Below, piece after piece: positions 48,455-61,300 of a stretch of DNA of 64,000 nucleotides (positions within the stretch are counted from its first letter, which is position 1; each line of letters opens with the position of its first letter). The stretch lies in the NCBI RefSeq assembly GCF_035084215.1, contig NC_090331.1, positions 71,548,001-71,612,000 of the forward strand, written 5' to 3'. This stretch comes from Heptranchias perlo. Its lineage: Eukaryota. The notes beneath the pieces were generated by a model, which saw only the letters and a program-made list of their open reading frames with translations, had not been told where the DNA came from and ran no database searches. Position numbers and translations under genes: made by a program.

Positions 48455-49065
48455 TAAAACAGAATGTTGCTATTAAAAAAATAGAAAATAGCTGAAATAC
48501 CTGGCCTGCTCCCTCAGGAAAAGTGGGAGTGGAAATATGCTCGATAGTGGTGTAGGTGATGGAAATGGGGAAAATTATTTGGCAAAAGCAGAGGGTTGTA
48601 GGATGGATGGGGAAGACATGGAGGGAGCTTGTTGTTGTGAGAGGGGAAGAACAGGAAATGGTCCCATCAACTACAGCCAAGGGAAAACCCTGGATAAGAA
48701 AGAAAGTGGACATTTCTGATGATGAAGGTGGAGTTGCTAGGGCACATATAAAAGGCACCAGAGAGAGAAAAAGTGATTGCTTTCCACCCCCACAAAATGC
48801 AAGATGGAGAGTGAGAGACAGCATGAGAGAGCATAGTCCAAGGGAAGAGTTTGAGGTGGACCATGTAAATGTGAGAGATGGGTGGAAATTGGGCGTGTAA
48901 TCATAGGAATTTTCCAGATCAGAGCAAGAGTTGGAAGCTTAGCCAACATGATCTGAATAAAATGGAGGAAGAAGTGAGAGAGCAGGCTTGAGTAGGATTC
49001 AAACTAAGAATGCGCCACGGATCCTAGAAAAAGACAGGCCTAGTTGGGACTCATGCAATAATTAC
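48455..49065 (-). mobile_element. Decayed Penelope-like retroelement (RT C-terminal/linker region)
   Basis: SSEMSTFFLIQGFPLAVVD...HPTTLCFCQIIF resembles the PLE ...F.NRGFP...HP segment. An adjacent ATAGAAAATAGCTGAAATAC resembles the PLE terminal repeat at 704. Confidence 0.55.
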
Positions 49066-50554
49066 ACCTTCCTGCCAATGGAGGTGCAGCTGCACCACTA
49101 CTGCCGGCAGCGTGCAATTACAGTGTTACAAGTTTTCTTGGGCTTTTTTCCATTATAAATGTGAATATACTAATTTATAAATGGAAAAAGTTGACAGGAA
49201 GTGAATGCAGTTGCAAATTTTTTAATGTGTGCCATACGTAATATCAAATCCAATAAAAATAATGATAGAATGCATTAAAATGAGGACTGAATTAAATCTG
49301 TGCACCTTGGTTCAATTATCTCCACCGTCTAATTCTGCTTCACCTGAAGAGTATACTTGGTCTTAATCTCTTGTGGTGTTATGCACAGAGAGTCAACTGG
49401 TGATACAATAAAAAGAATGCAACATATTTTCAAGACTCCCATTTTTCTTCAAAATACCCTGCTTTTGGTTTGTAGGCTCCAAAGTAGTAGAGGAAGTGGA
49501 GCGGTAGCAGATATAGGTGAACTACAGAGGGTAATAGGTGAGCACTCCAAAATCAAAAGAGTGATGGATTTTGTTGGTGTTCATCAGTGCAGCTGAAAGT
49601 CTCTATAAAGCCAGTGGTTTTGCTTATTTAGGTTCATGGGTAAGAACCAGCGTCATTTTGATTTGTAGGCCACCTGGACACAATTCAACAATTAAATCAA
49701 TTACCTTCTTCCCCATCGACTGCCCAGGTATGGAGAGAAAAATAAGCACTTATCCTTCTGCCCATTTACCCAACATTGCAGCATAAATGATTGGGTGGAG
49801 AGACAAGTGTGAGACAGCAAAGAGACCACAGAAATCTAAGCAACCAAGGGACACACCAGAAGACAAGATGTAGGAAAATAAACACTGAATGGCACTAACT
49901 GCATAACTCAAGAGTGCCGCAGGCACAACTGAATTACGGTAACCATCCCAAAAGTTGTTGGTTTTCTGTAAAGTGTCCATCCCTTAACATATTTGCATAT
50001 CGTTGTTTGCTCAGTTTAAAACATTGTTTTGAAGTGTACTATTATTGTGGCTGTGAAACGTTACTATTTTACATTCAGGTAATGTGGTCAAATACATTTC
50101 CTTTGGGTGACACATTGAGGCTGAAGCTCAGTAAGTAAGGTGCAAAGGAGAGTAGAATAAATAGAAAAGTGGGAACTGATTCACTCTTGGTGCAGCTAGA
50201 TTGACGGCATTTTCTTGGGCATAATGTTGACCATAAGGCTGACATTCAGGCATTGCTAAATGTGAAACAGACAGCCTCATACAACCTTTTGTAGCATGAA
50301 TGCATAATTAAGAAGAGCTCTGGTGGTCACTTGTGTGAAGCACAAACCAACTAAATCAGTGGTTTAGAGACCACACTGTTGCATAAAAAGAGGATATGTG
50401 GCCAGCTATGACATACGATAACCATCTTCACAAGTCAGGTTGACCGGAAAATATTTGTGACTTGTGGTCACCTCTAAAATGGAGATAATGGAAATATTCT
50501 ATTTATAACAACGACAATAGGTTTTCAACTGGAAAATAATTTTCAAAGTTTTTT

Positions 50555-50612
50555 CACAGAATCTTACAGCACAGAAGGAGGCCGTTTGGACCATTGTGCC
50601 TGTGCCGGCAGT
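50555..50612 (-). mobile_element. CR1 3'-tail fragment
   Basis: CACAGAATCTTACAGCACAGAAGGAGGCCGTTTGGACCATTGTG matches 43470-43525. Confidence 0.65.
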
Positions 50613-52497
50613 GTTTCTGGCCCAAGAAAATTCAAAGCTCCTTTATGACAAACACACCTGTGAATATATAGTTTTTTTTCATTTTTACCACTTCATTGGT
50701 AAAAATGTCAGTAATTTATCAAGCTAATTTAAATTCTATCCTGCTTAATTTTTTTTGGCAAGAATGCAAATAAATGAGTATGCACTTACCCCCATCAGTA
50801 ACATGGATAGACCTACTGGAAAGTTATGCAGGAGCAGCAGCAATTTAATCCTAAAACTGCTGACAGCTCAACAGAAAATTTACAGCTCCCTGGGCAATCC
50901 ATTTTTAAAAAAGATTTCAGCACACATAATAACACTCCAACAAATCTATTGTTACAATACAGCAAATACTCTAATGTCTAGTATTGGCTCTGTACTAAAA
51001 AAGCAGCAGAAATAAAAAAATTATGTTTTTAAACACTAGTTTTGCTTTCTTTTCTCTATTTTCTCTTCTAGCCTATTCTTTCTCTCCATAAATATTTTTA
51101 TAGCTAATCCAACCCAACTATACCTTTTTAAAAAAATTATTTGTTTTTGTCCACCTCTCTGCTCCTACCACCCATTGTGGATATGGTTGTCTTTTCATGT
51201 CCATTAAGCCCAGAAGCATAAATCTTGACATAGTCATATCATAGATTTAACCAGATCAATTGCTGATTTGATTTTTCAACATCAAATGCAGTCATATAGG
51301 ATTTAAATGCACCCAATTGTTTCAGGTGGGGGATTTTTGCACTCACTTCCTGTCCCTAAAGCCCTGGGGATTGGCGTACATGGGGTGTTAGGTACAGGAA
51401 ATCAGACCCATTATCTGATCCATAGCAGCAGTATGATGATGGATCAAACCTCAAATCAGGTAACTTTTCTATGGCGCAGTAGTTTATAAAATGTATTTGG
51501 AGCAGCTATGCAAAATTTATTTTTAAAATGTACTATTTTTGCAGCATTACTTGACGCAGTTCCAAAGACAGAGTAAAATCGCAAATCAGTCCTGGTTCCC
51601 ACCCCTGAATAAATTACACAAACAAGAAACAACTGAATGACAAAGTGTTGTACGCCTTCGCAAATGAGCGGTACAGCAAAACTGATGTTCACACCAGTTC
51701 TTCAAAGGGAGCAGTGAAACAATGCAGACACTTTCATATACATAAATGTCAGCCAACAAATCTTTCATAAGCCTAATTAACTTTTGCCTTCCTTACCACA
51801 ACTAAGAGAAGCTCATGGACTTTTTCATGTTTAGTCACTATTCTCCTTCCCATCAAAACTGCCATCACCCCTTCCCTATAAAGCCCACCCTCTACTCCTC
51901 CATCCTTTCCAATCTCCTTTTTCCTCCTGCCCAATGTCCTCAAGTGTCATTGCCATGCTGAACACTGCAGAAATACCAAGGAGGGCAAGGAGGGATAATA
52001 TTCCACACTCCCACCACTCCCTATTTCAATCACATCAGTCCAGTTTCTCTGTGTCTGTGACGATGAAATATTGTCCTCGCTGACCTCAGTGTTCAACATG
52101 GTATTCCACACCATCCACAGTGAATGTTGATGAGCTCTCCAAAAAGGAGATGCATTGGCATTAAAACGGTTATCCATTTCAGTTTGAGGCCATGAGGGTT
52201 AACACATTCCAGAGTAGAAGTTGAAATGGCTTCAATTATGTAAACCCAGCAGGGAGTTACTGTCAGGGTGGCTGGTTTGATGTTTGATTGGCAACTCAAG
52301 TGGCCAATCCCTGGCCAGTGTGAGTGACGTGGGGGGGGGGGGTGGTGGTGGAGGGAGAGGGGATGATCAGGCCACAACCTTGGTACGATAATTAGACTCC
52401 CGCCTGCCTTTTGCGTGCCCTGACTAATGCAATTTAAAGGGGTGGGAATGGGATCGGGTTGCCCAATCCTGATTTTTTTACCCCCCCCCCCACCGCC

Positions 52498-52570
52498 ATT
52501 AACTCTTTCTCTCTCCACAGATGCTGCCTGACCGGATGAGTGTTTGCGAGCATTTTCTGTTTTTATTTGC
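52498..52570. mobile_element. Penelope-like terminal-repeat fragment
   Basis: TCTCTCTCCACAGATGCTGCCTGACC...CATTTTCTGTTTTTATTT matches the right arm of 704-823. Confidence 0.6.
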
Positions 52571-52574
52571 TGGA

Positions 52575-53070
52575 CTACATTGCCAAGTCAATTAAGTTCA
52601 AACCTCCAGAAGTCACCTTGAAGGTATAATATGCTCTGGTCAGGCCACATCTGGAGTTCTGCATACAGTTTTAGTTGCCTGGACATAAGGGGGCCATTCA
52701 AGCACAGGGATCGATACAGAGGTAAGCAATGAAACCAATTCTGGTGGCGGAAAGAAGAGCTTTAAGGAATGACTTGATAAGCTTACTCAGTTCTTAACTT
52801 TCAAAAGCTAAATCTCAAAAGGAGGATCTTATGTAAGTATACAAGATTCTTGCTAGGATGAAATTAAACCCCAAGCAATAATTTGATACACTAGGTCAGC
52901 AAGACAAGAGAGCATTGGCTCAAGACTGCGAAAGGCAAATTAAGGACCTACTTCAGGAAGTATTTCTTATTACAGAGACTGATCAACAGCTGCAACCAAT
53001 TATGAGGCAGGGTGGTGGAGATCATGATACTGGATCCATCTAAGAAACAGCAACATGCCTAACGGGATGA
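52575..53070 (+). mobile_element. Old CR1 3' fragment
   Basis: Decayed LVRPHLEFCIQF, GDL..VYKIL and TR.H.LK motifs. Confidence 0.6.
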
Positions 53071-53399
53071 TGGTAGGGCTGGTATTCAGGGTTTCTCAGA
53101 TAAAAAAGGTAGGGCCATCTTGTGAACTGCCAGCAACTGTCAAATTCCTTTCATTTTATCCGTTTAGACTTTGTGAAAAGTGTCTTAGTTGAGTCATGGA
53201 GATAGTGACCAAATAAATGACTGATAGCAACCCTCCTATTTTTCAAGTACTGTAGCCAGTCAGATTACAATTCAACCCCAAATTTTCAGTTTGCTGATAT
53301 AATACACTTGGAAGATCCAATCTTCAGGACAGCCATTTCTTTCCACATGTAAGGGTCAACAATTTAGTAAGGCGATATAGATATAACAGAGATAGTAGG

Positions 53400-53900
53400 A
53401 CCACCTACTTTCATCTCCGTAACATCAGCCGCCTCCACTCCTGTCTCAGCCCATCTTCTGCTGAAGCTCTCATCCATGCATTTGTCACCTTCAGACTCAA
53501 TCATTCCAATGCTCATCCAAAACTCTGCTGCCCATATCCTGCATCAAATCTAACTCACCCATCATTCCTGTATTGGCTCCCTGTCCACCAATACTTCCAA
53601 TTTAAAATTCTCATTCTCATGTTTAAATCCCTCCATGACCTCTCCCCTCCCTATCCCTGTAAGCTCCTTTAGCTCTACACCAACACCACCACCGCCCCCC
53701 CATTCCTCTGACTCTAGTCTCTCATTCATTTCCCCACCATTGGTGGCAGTTCCTTCAGCCAATCTTTTGGTCACTCCTAATATCTCCTCCTTGGGCTCGG
53801 AGTCCATTTTTGTCTGACTACACCTTTATGATGCGCTTTGGAATTTTTTTTTTTACGATAAAGGCCTTATTATAAATGCAAGTTGTTGTTGTTGTTGTTG
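53400..53900 (+). mobile_element. L2 3' end
   Basis: LIHAFVTFRL and YWLPV remnants; tail TATAAATGCAAG(TTG)n. Confidence 0.82.
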
Positions 53901-54994
53901 AATAAGACACTCAGCCATATAGCTGCAGCACCATACTGAACTTCATTCTGCATGCATTCAGCCACTTCTTCAACGTCATAAGAGGATGCTTTCTCCCTAA
54001 CTTAGAAACAGCATAAATGTTCCCTTCTTGGTGAATTGCCACAGAGTTACATAGCCATTTAACAGTAATCAAGACACATTATTAAGAAACTGAACAAAAC
54101 AAGCAGCATGCTTAAACTGGGTTTTCATGGTAAAATGTCATCTGACCTGTAATTTGAGCACTTGTTGTCATCCCTATTTTAACTGCAGCACAGCACACAG
54201 CTTGTACATGAAACAATAGACAATCAAACGCATAAACTCCACTCATAGAAATGCAAGATGTCATAGTAGTACTGTATTATACAGGGTATATGTGGGCACT
54301 CGCATGATATTAGTCCAGTTGAATTAGTAACCCCAGAGTCGTTTCAAACAATAGATTATACTCCTCCTTGTTTTTCATATCTATTGAGCCTCAATACTTT
54401 TTGGAATCACTGCAATCCAGTAACTTTTTGCAAGCTTTAAACAACACATCTTCTTTATTCATGCTAATTTTGGGGGGAAAGAGAGAAAGAGGAGAAAAAT
54501 GTACTTAATTTTCAATAGGAGAAGTTCCACTTAACAGCATCAATAATCATTTTGCTTAAAAACATTATGCATCAACTATTAAATGGATACTCAATTTAAC
54601 TAAGTTCATATTCTTTATAAATTTTGTTGGTTAGAATTTGTTTTCACACTTTTTCATTAGTTTTTGAACATCACATAATATGGTACCTCTTTTTGTCCCT
54701 TCTATGTCTAATATGAATGTTAGGTTTTATTTGAGTAAATGGGCTGGGGCTGTTAGATGAATCTGTACCAGTCCAGGTTGAACTTAAAAAGAAATACTTC
54801 TTTTTTGGTCTCCAAAATTCAAGTTCCCCAAAATGTAAACCTTACTTTTTGTTTCACTCATGTTCATGAGATAATACTGATGCACAACTCATGCACACAG
54901 AACATCCTTTAAGGAATCACTAAAATAAACATTATTAGTCAAGACTGTTAATAAAACTTTTAATAAGACTCTTTCTGACCTCTACATTTGCATG

Positions 54995-57900
54995 TACATA
55001 GAAAGGGAGGGGGAAGATCCAGTTGTCGTGTTCCATGTCGGGACCAATGACATAGGGAAGAAAAGGGAGGAGGTCCTGCTAAGGGAATATCAGAAGTTAG
55101 GAACTCAATTAAAAAACAGGACCTCATGGGTAGCAATCTCAAGATTACGTGCTAATTGGCATAGGGATAGGCAGATCAGGAAGGTGAATGTGTGGCTGAA
55201 AGACTAGTTTGGGAAGGAGGGGGTTCCATTCCATGAGACACTGGCACCGGTACTGGGATAGGAAGGAGCTGTACCACTGGGACGGGCTCCACCTGAACCA
55301 GAATGGAACCAGAAACCTAGTGGAAAGGGTAAATAGGGCTGGGGATAGGACTTTTTAAAAAGTAAGATGGGGGAAGGGATCTAATGAAAATAACAAGTCT
55401 GAAGATAAAAGAAATAGGAAATGAGAGTAAAGGTCAGACCAAGTTAAGAAATAAGGGTAACAAACGGTCAGGGAACAAATACAATTATAGAACATGAGTA
55501 CAAAATGACTGTTAAAAATAAGGTGAGGGGAACAATTAGTAAAAACAAATTAAACTGCCTGTACAGCAATGCGCACAGCATTCGAAACAAAACAGGGGAA
55601 CTGGAGGCAATAATTCGCAGTGAGGAGCCAGATGTAGTAGAGATAACTGAAACATGGCTACATAAAGAACAGGGCTGACAGTTAAGATTGGCAGGATATA
55701 ACGTATGTAGAAAGGATAGTGAAAGAAGTGGGGGGGGGGGGGGCAAGAGTAGCTGTACTAATTAGAGACAACATAATGGCAATAGAAAAAAGGGACGTAA
55801 GTAACATTAAGCTAGAAACAGAATTCATATGGATTGAGACAAAGGATAATTAGGGATCTAATAGTGGAAGGGAAGTTTTTTTTATTTGTTCATGGGTTGT
55901 GGGCGTCGTGGCGAGGCCAGCATTTATTGCCCATCCCTAATTGCCCTTGAGAAGGTGGTGGTGAGCCGCCTTCTTGAACCACTGCAGTCCGTGTGGTGAC
56001 TGTTCTCCTACAGTGCTGTTAGGAAGGGAGTTCCAGGATTTTGACCCAGCGACGATGAAGGAACAGTGATATATTTCCAAGTCGGGATGGTGTGTGACTT
56101 GGAGGGGAACGTTCAGGTGGTGTTGTTCCCATGTGCCTGCTGCCCTTGTCCATCTAGGTGGTGGAGGTCGCGGGTTTGGGAGGTGCTGTCGAAGAAGCCT
56201 TGGTGAGTTGCTGCAGTGCATCCTGTGGATGGTACACACTGCAGCCACAGTGCGCCGGTGGTGAAGGGAGTGAATGTTTAGGGTAGTGGATGGGGTGCCA
56301 ATCAAGCGGGCTGCTTTGTCCTGGATGGTGTCGAGCTTCTTGAGCGTTGTTGGAGCTGCACTCATCCAGGCAAGTGGAGAGTATTCCATCACACTCCTGA
56401 CTTGTGCCTTGTAGATGGTGGAAAGGCTTTGGGGAGTCAGGAGGTGAGTCACTCGCCGCAGAATACCCGGCCTCTGACCTGCTCTTGTAGCCACAGTATT
56501 TATGTGGCTGGTCCAGTTAAGTTTCTGGTCAATGGTGACCCCCTGGATGTTGATGGTTGGGGATTCGGCGATGGTAATGTCATTGAATGTCAAGAGGAGG
56601 TGGTTAGACTCTCTCTTGTTGGAGATGGTCATTGCCTGGCACGAATGTTACTTGCCATTTATCAGCCCAAGCCTGGATGTTGTCCAGGCCTTGCTGCATG
56701 CGGGCTCGGACTACTTCGTTATTTGAGGGGTTGCGAATGGAACCCCTCAAATGACTGTGCAATCAGCAGCGAATAAGTGGAGGAAGAAATATGTAGACAA
56801 ATCTATGAAATAAGTAAAAAAAAATCAAATAATAATCACGGCAGATTTCAACTACTCCCAAATAAATTGGTAAGAGGTAGGGAAAGGAGAAAAGGGAATG
56901 GAATTTTTACAATTTGTTCATGACTTCTTTCTTACCCAGTATGTGAGACGCCCAACAAGAGAGAAATCACTGCTGGATCCAGTAATGGGAAATGAACCCA
57001 AGCAGGCAATAGCGATCATAACATAATAAGATTTAAAATGATTGAGAAAGACATAAATAAGACAAAGACCAAAATAATTGATGGGAAAAAAGTTCATTTT
57101 GAGGGGATGAGAATGAAACTAGGGAAGGTAAACTGGAAAAATATTTTGACTGTTAAAGAGCTAGAACTGCAGTGGGAAATATTTAAAATGGTGATCAATA
57201 GAGTTCAGGAGAAATCCATTCCTCTAAGAAACCAGAACAAACTAGCCAATAATGAAACACCATGGATGAATAGAGAGATATGGGTAAAATTGAAACTAAA
57301 AGTCATACTTTAAGTATATAGATAATAAAGGAGAGGATGATAAAAGGGAATACAAAGAGGTTAGGAAAGAAGTCAGAAAAACAATTAGGAAAGCAAAGAG
57401 GAATTACAAAATTATCATCGAATATAAAAAGAAATATTAAAGTATTCTACAGACACATAAGAAAAATCAGGATAGCGTCACTAAGAGATGCGAAATGGCA
57501 GAAATATTGAATAGCTACTTTGCCTCAGTACTCACCAGAGAGACTAACAAAGTGGGTGTGACATTAGAAAAAGAGAACAAAAAATGTATAAAGACATTTA
57601 AGATAGAAAGGGAGAGATAATTGATAAACTAATCAAACTTAGAGAGGAAAAGACCCGAGGTCCAGATGGATTGTATCCACACATATTAAAAGAAGTTAGG
57701 GAAGAGATAGCAGAGGCAGCATTATTTATATATAAAAATTAATTACAAAAGGCAATAGTGCCAGAGGACTATCGGACAGCGAATGTGATTCCAATGTTTA
57801 AAAAGGGAGACAGAACAAATCCAGGGAACTACAGACCAGTTAGCTTAACATTGGTGGTAGGGAAGATAATGGAATCTTTACTCAAAGATTTAATACAAAA

Positions 57901-58922
57901 TATCTAGAAAATTAATAATAGTGTAGTCAGCACGGATTTCAAAAGGGAAAGTCATGCTTGACCAAACTTACTGAATTCTTTGAAGAAGTAACAGAAAGAG
58001 TAGATAAGGGTAACGTAGTAGATGTAATATATTTGGATTTTTCAAAAGGCCTTTGATAAGGTACCGCATAGTAGACTCATGGCTAAGAGGTCAGAGCATG
58101 TGGAGTCAGGGGACAGGCAGCAGAATGGATAGCAAGCTGGCTACAAATCAGAAAACAGAGAGAAGGGGTTAGCCAGACTGGCAAAAGGTGGGAGGTGGTG
58201 TTCCACAGGTATTGGTGCTGGAACCACTGTTGTTCACAATTTACATTAATGAATCAGAAGTATAATTTCAAAATTTGCAGCCATCACCAAATTGGGGGTG
58301 GGGGTGGGTGTAGTTAATACAAAGGAAGAATGTGTCAAAATATAAAAAGACATTAATAATCATGCAGAATCAGCACATAATTGGCAAATGAATTTCAATA
58401 TAGGTAAGTATGAGGTGGTGTATTTTGGTATGAAGAATGAGGAGGACACATACTACTTGGATAATAAGAGTCTAAATAGTGTAGAAGAGCAGAGGGATCT
58501 CGAGGTACAGATACACAAATCACTAAAAGAAGGGACGCAGATTAATAAGGCCATAAAAAAGGCAAACCAAGCATTTGATATGATAGAAGTAGAGAAAATG
58601 TTTCCACTTGTGGGGGAGTCCAAAACTAGAGGTCATAAATATAAAATAGTTGCTAATAAATCCAATAAGGAATTCAGGAGAAACTTCGTTACCCAAAGAG
58701 TGGTAGGAATGTGGAACGTGGTATCACAAGGAGTAGTTGAGGTAAATAGCATACATGCATTTAAGGGGAATCTAGATAAGCACATGAAGGAGAAAGGAAT
58801 AGAAGGGTTTGCTGATAGGGTTAGATGAAGTAGGGAGGGAGAAGGCTCACGTGGAACATAAAAGCCGGCATTGACCAGTTGGGCAAATGGCCTGTTTTTG
58901 TGCTGTAGAATCGATGTAACTT
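54995..58922 (+). mobile_element. CR1 LINE (ORF1 esterase remnant plus APE/RT), split by a LINE insertion
   Basis: EDPVVVFHVGTNDIG, DGLHLN, LYSNAHSIRNK, ITETWL, NYRPVSLT, KSCLTKL.EFF and RNFVTQRVVGMWN. Confidence 0.9.
55876..56772 (-). mobile_element. LINE (same family as 15515 and 23980 copies) nested in CR1
   Basis: 231-aa open frame at 55937-56632 and a poly-A end. The host CR1 APE region continues on both sides. Confidence 0.9.
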
Positions 58923-59439
58923 CTCTTTCAGTTGGCTTAATACAACACCATGGTTGAACAGCGTTTAACACTATCTTGCGCACATTTTCTAAAACATCAC
59001 ATATGAAACCTTTGCTGCACATTTTAAGGGTGAAATACCTAATTTCCCCTTCAAAATATCATAGTGTAGAGTATTAACAGAAAGAGAAATCTGTAAAAGC
59101 TGATATGATTATCAGTTCTGAAAATACTAAAATAATCTACAAAGTCAAACATAACCTCTCTTTCTCGTAACGGTGACAGTGTTAAGAAAAACAATGAATG
59201 ACCCGTGTGACTAATCGTGACTAATAATTCATAGTCAATCGATATGTTGATATTTGAGGCCTTGCTCCTTTTTACTTTGCTTTTCTCTGTTTCCTCTCAT
59301 TATCAAAATTACTGCACAACTTTCCGAGCATTACATATATACTGGTTTGAGATAAGTCATCTTTGAAAAAGTTTTCTCATCACATTGTGGGACTTAGTAC
59401 ATCAGCCAAGAGAAGGTATCAATGTTCTGTCCATAAAAA

Positions 59440-59815
59440 GACAGAATTGGGTTTATACAGTGCCTTATCATTGTCTCTTGGGAACATTTTAAGCTACTTC
59501 AATATAATGAATTATATTAGTGCAGTGATTGTTATTTCGACAAACTTTTGAAAGTCTCACCAGCAGCAATGAGAAGCCAGTTAATCTGTCTTTGGTAGTG
59601 TGGATTGAGGGAGGGATGTTTACCTCCTGGTAAAATGGTAAAATTCCCTGCCCTTCTTTGGATAGTGCCACAGGATCTTTAACATCCAGGCCAATACATC
59701 TAAAGAGCAACTGTATTGTAGCATCAAGTTAGATTATGTGCTCACATCCTAGAATGAAGCTCGAACCCATAACTTTCTGAACCAGAGTCATCAGAGCTAC
59801 TAGCTGAACCCAGGA
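59440..59815 (-). mobile_element. Old DeuSINE
   Basis: Reverse complement of GGATGTTAAAGATCCTGTGGCACTAT..AAGAAGGGCAGGG and a B-box-like GGGTTCGAG. Confidence 0.65.
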
Positions 59816-61081
59816 GACACTTGACTTGGTTTTCGCCTACCTGATCCAATCCGAGCTTTCCTGCCTGACCCAGAGTAGAATCAGATGTGCAGCACTGTGT
59901 AAAGTTTTGGTGCAAGACATACAACTGGGTTAAAACGAGGCTATAGAAACCTGATGCATTTCTACGTTTTCCACCAATTTACTTTCCAGAATTTAAACAA
60001 AATTATGCAAAATGACCATAATTGAGAAATAAAAAATATTAATTCAGAAAGTAAAACTTTCTATTTTTCCTGGATTGAAAATATGACAATGGATTATAAA
60101 GTGCATTTCAAACCTAATTGGAGTCAAATCCTCTACTTGGATGCTAGTGAACCAGAACTCCCAATGCAGATCCATCTAAGCCTGAGCTAGTCTCCAAAGA
60201 AAATAATTAATTTAGTTTCAGAGGCCAATCAAACTGAAACTGGATCTCAAAATGCACATGGAAAGCAGGAACAGATAGAAATTTCAGAATGATTATCATT
60301 AAACCCATTTTAAAAATCAGTTATAGACTTATCAATCAACATGCTTTTCTTCTGTTTTGTCAATTTCTGTCTTTAAAAAAAGAATTTTGTTTGAAAAAAT
60401 TACCACATGCAAATAGAGCTAAATTAACTTTAATAGAGATGCAGTCATTTCCTCAAGGGTGCTTCAGCATCAACTCTATACTAATTCAGCTCCCTCACAC
60501 CACTGGGCTTAGCACCCCTTTTAAGTCAATTCTTGGACAAAGACATCAACATTTGATATTTAAACAGTATTTATAAAATAGTATTTATAAAATAAATATC
60601 AACAGAATAAAAAGGTATAAAGTTGATCAGAATTTTTGCATTTTTTTCCCAAGGTGGTCGTTATAAATTTCAGATCCATACTTGATCTTCCCTTGGGTTC
60701 AGCATTTCTTGTCCATCCACCTCCCCACCCTGCCCCCAAGAAATGGACCCTGTACCCCTAAGATCACCCAAGAAGTGAACTCCGTACCCCTAAGAGCAGG
60801 AGTATACATTTACTGTCCTATCACTAAGACCTCTTGTATGTACTGAATATTGTGACATCACATGTGCTCCACGTACATTCCTCCTATATTTTGGAAGATT
60901 GATTGATAAACACTCCAGTGAGACAAGGGCAACTGTAAGCCAACAAGCTGGTTTACTTAACATGAAATACATGTATTAACAGAATGCAGTCTTCTAGTGA
61001 AGTACATCCACCTTGTATCGCTCCTCATCTCAAGGAAAATAACAAAGTATTCCACTCTAATCATTAATGGGCAAAACTCAC

Positions 61082-61300
61082 TTTACAGGTTAGCATTCCC
61101 AGAACTAATTATAGGCTGCATGCATTCATGCCTCAACCAAGAGTCTTCCACAGTTTTCTTCCAGCTTGGGAGAGAGACCTATCTCTCTCTCTCTCTCTCT
61201 CGCTGTTCTGGACTCTCATCCTCTGCCGACAAAACAGAACGAGTGTGCACGAGGGAGGCACTTAACCTCCTGCTCTCTTTGAAGGCTTGGTCTTCCAAAA
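61082..61300 (-). promoter_or_regulatory. Candidate non-coding first exon or promoter of the DGK gene
   Basis: Repeat-free region with a (GA)n tract (61182-61201) and a donor AAA|GTGAGT at 61082/61081. The acceptor at 48287 requires an upstream exon somewhere. Confidence 0.25.

Noticed and set aside
60565-60600. Short tandem duplication AGTATTTATAAAAT x2 (similar ones at about 42412 and 59205)
   Set aside because: Ordinary replication-slippage duplications.
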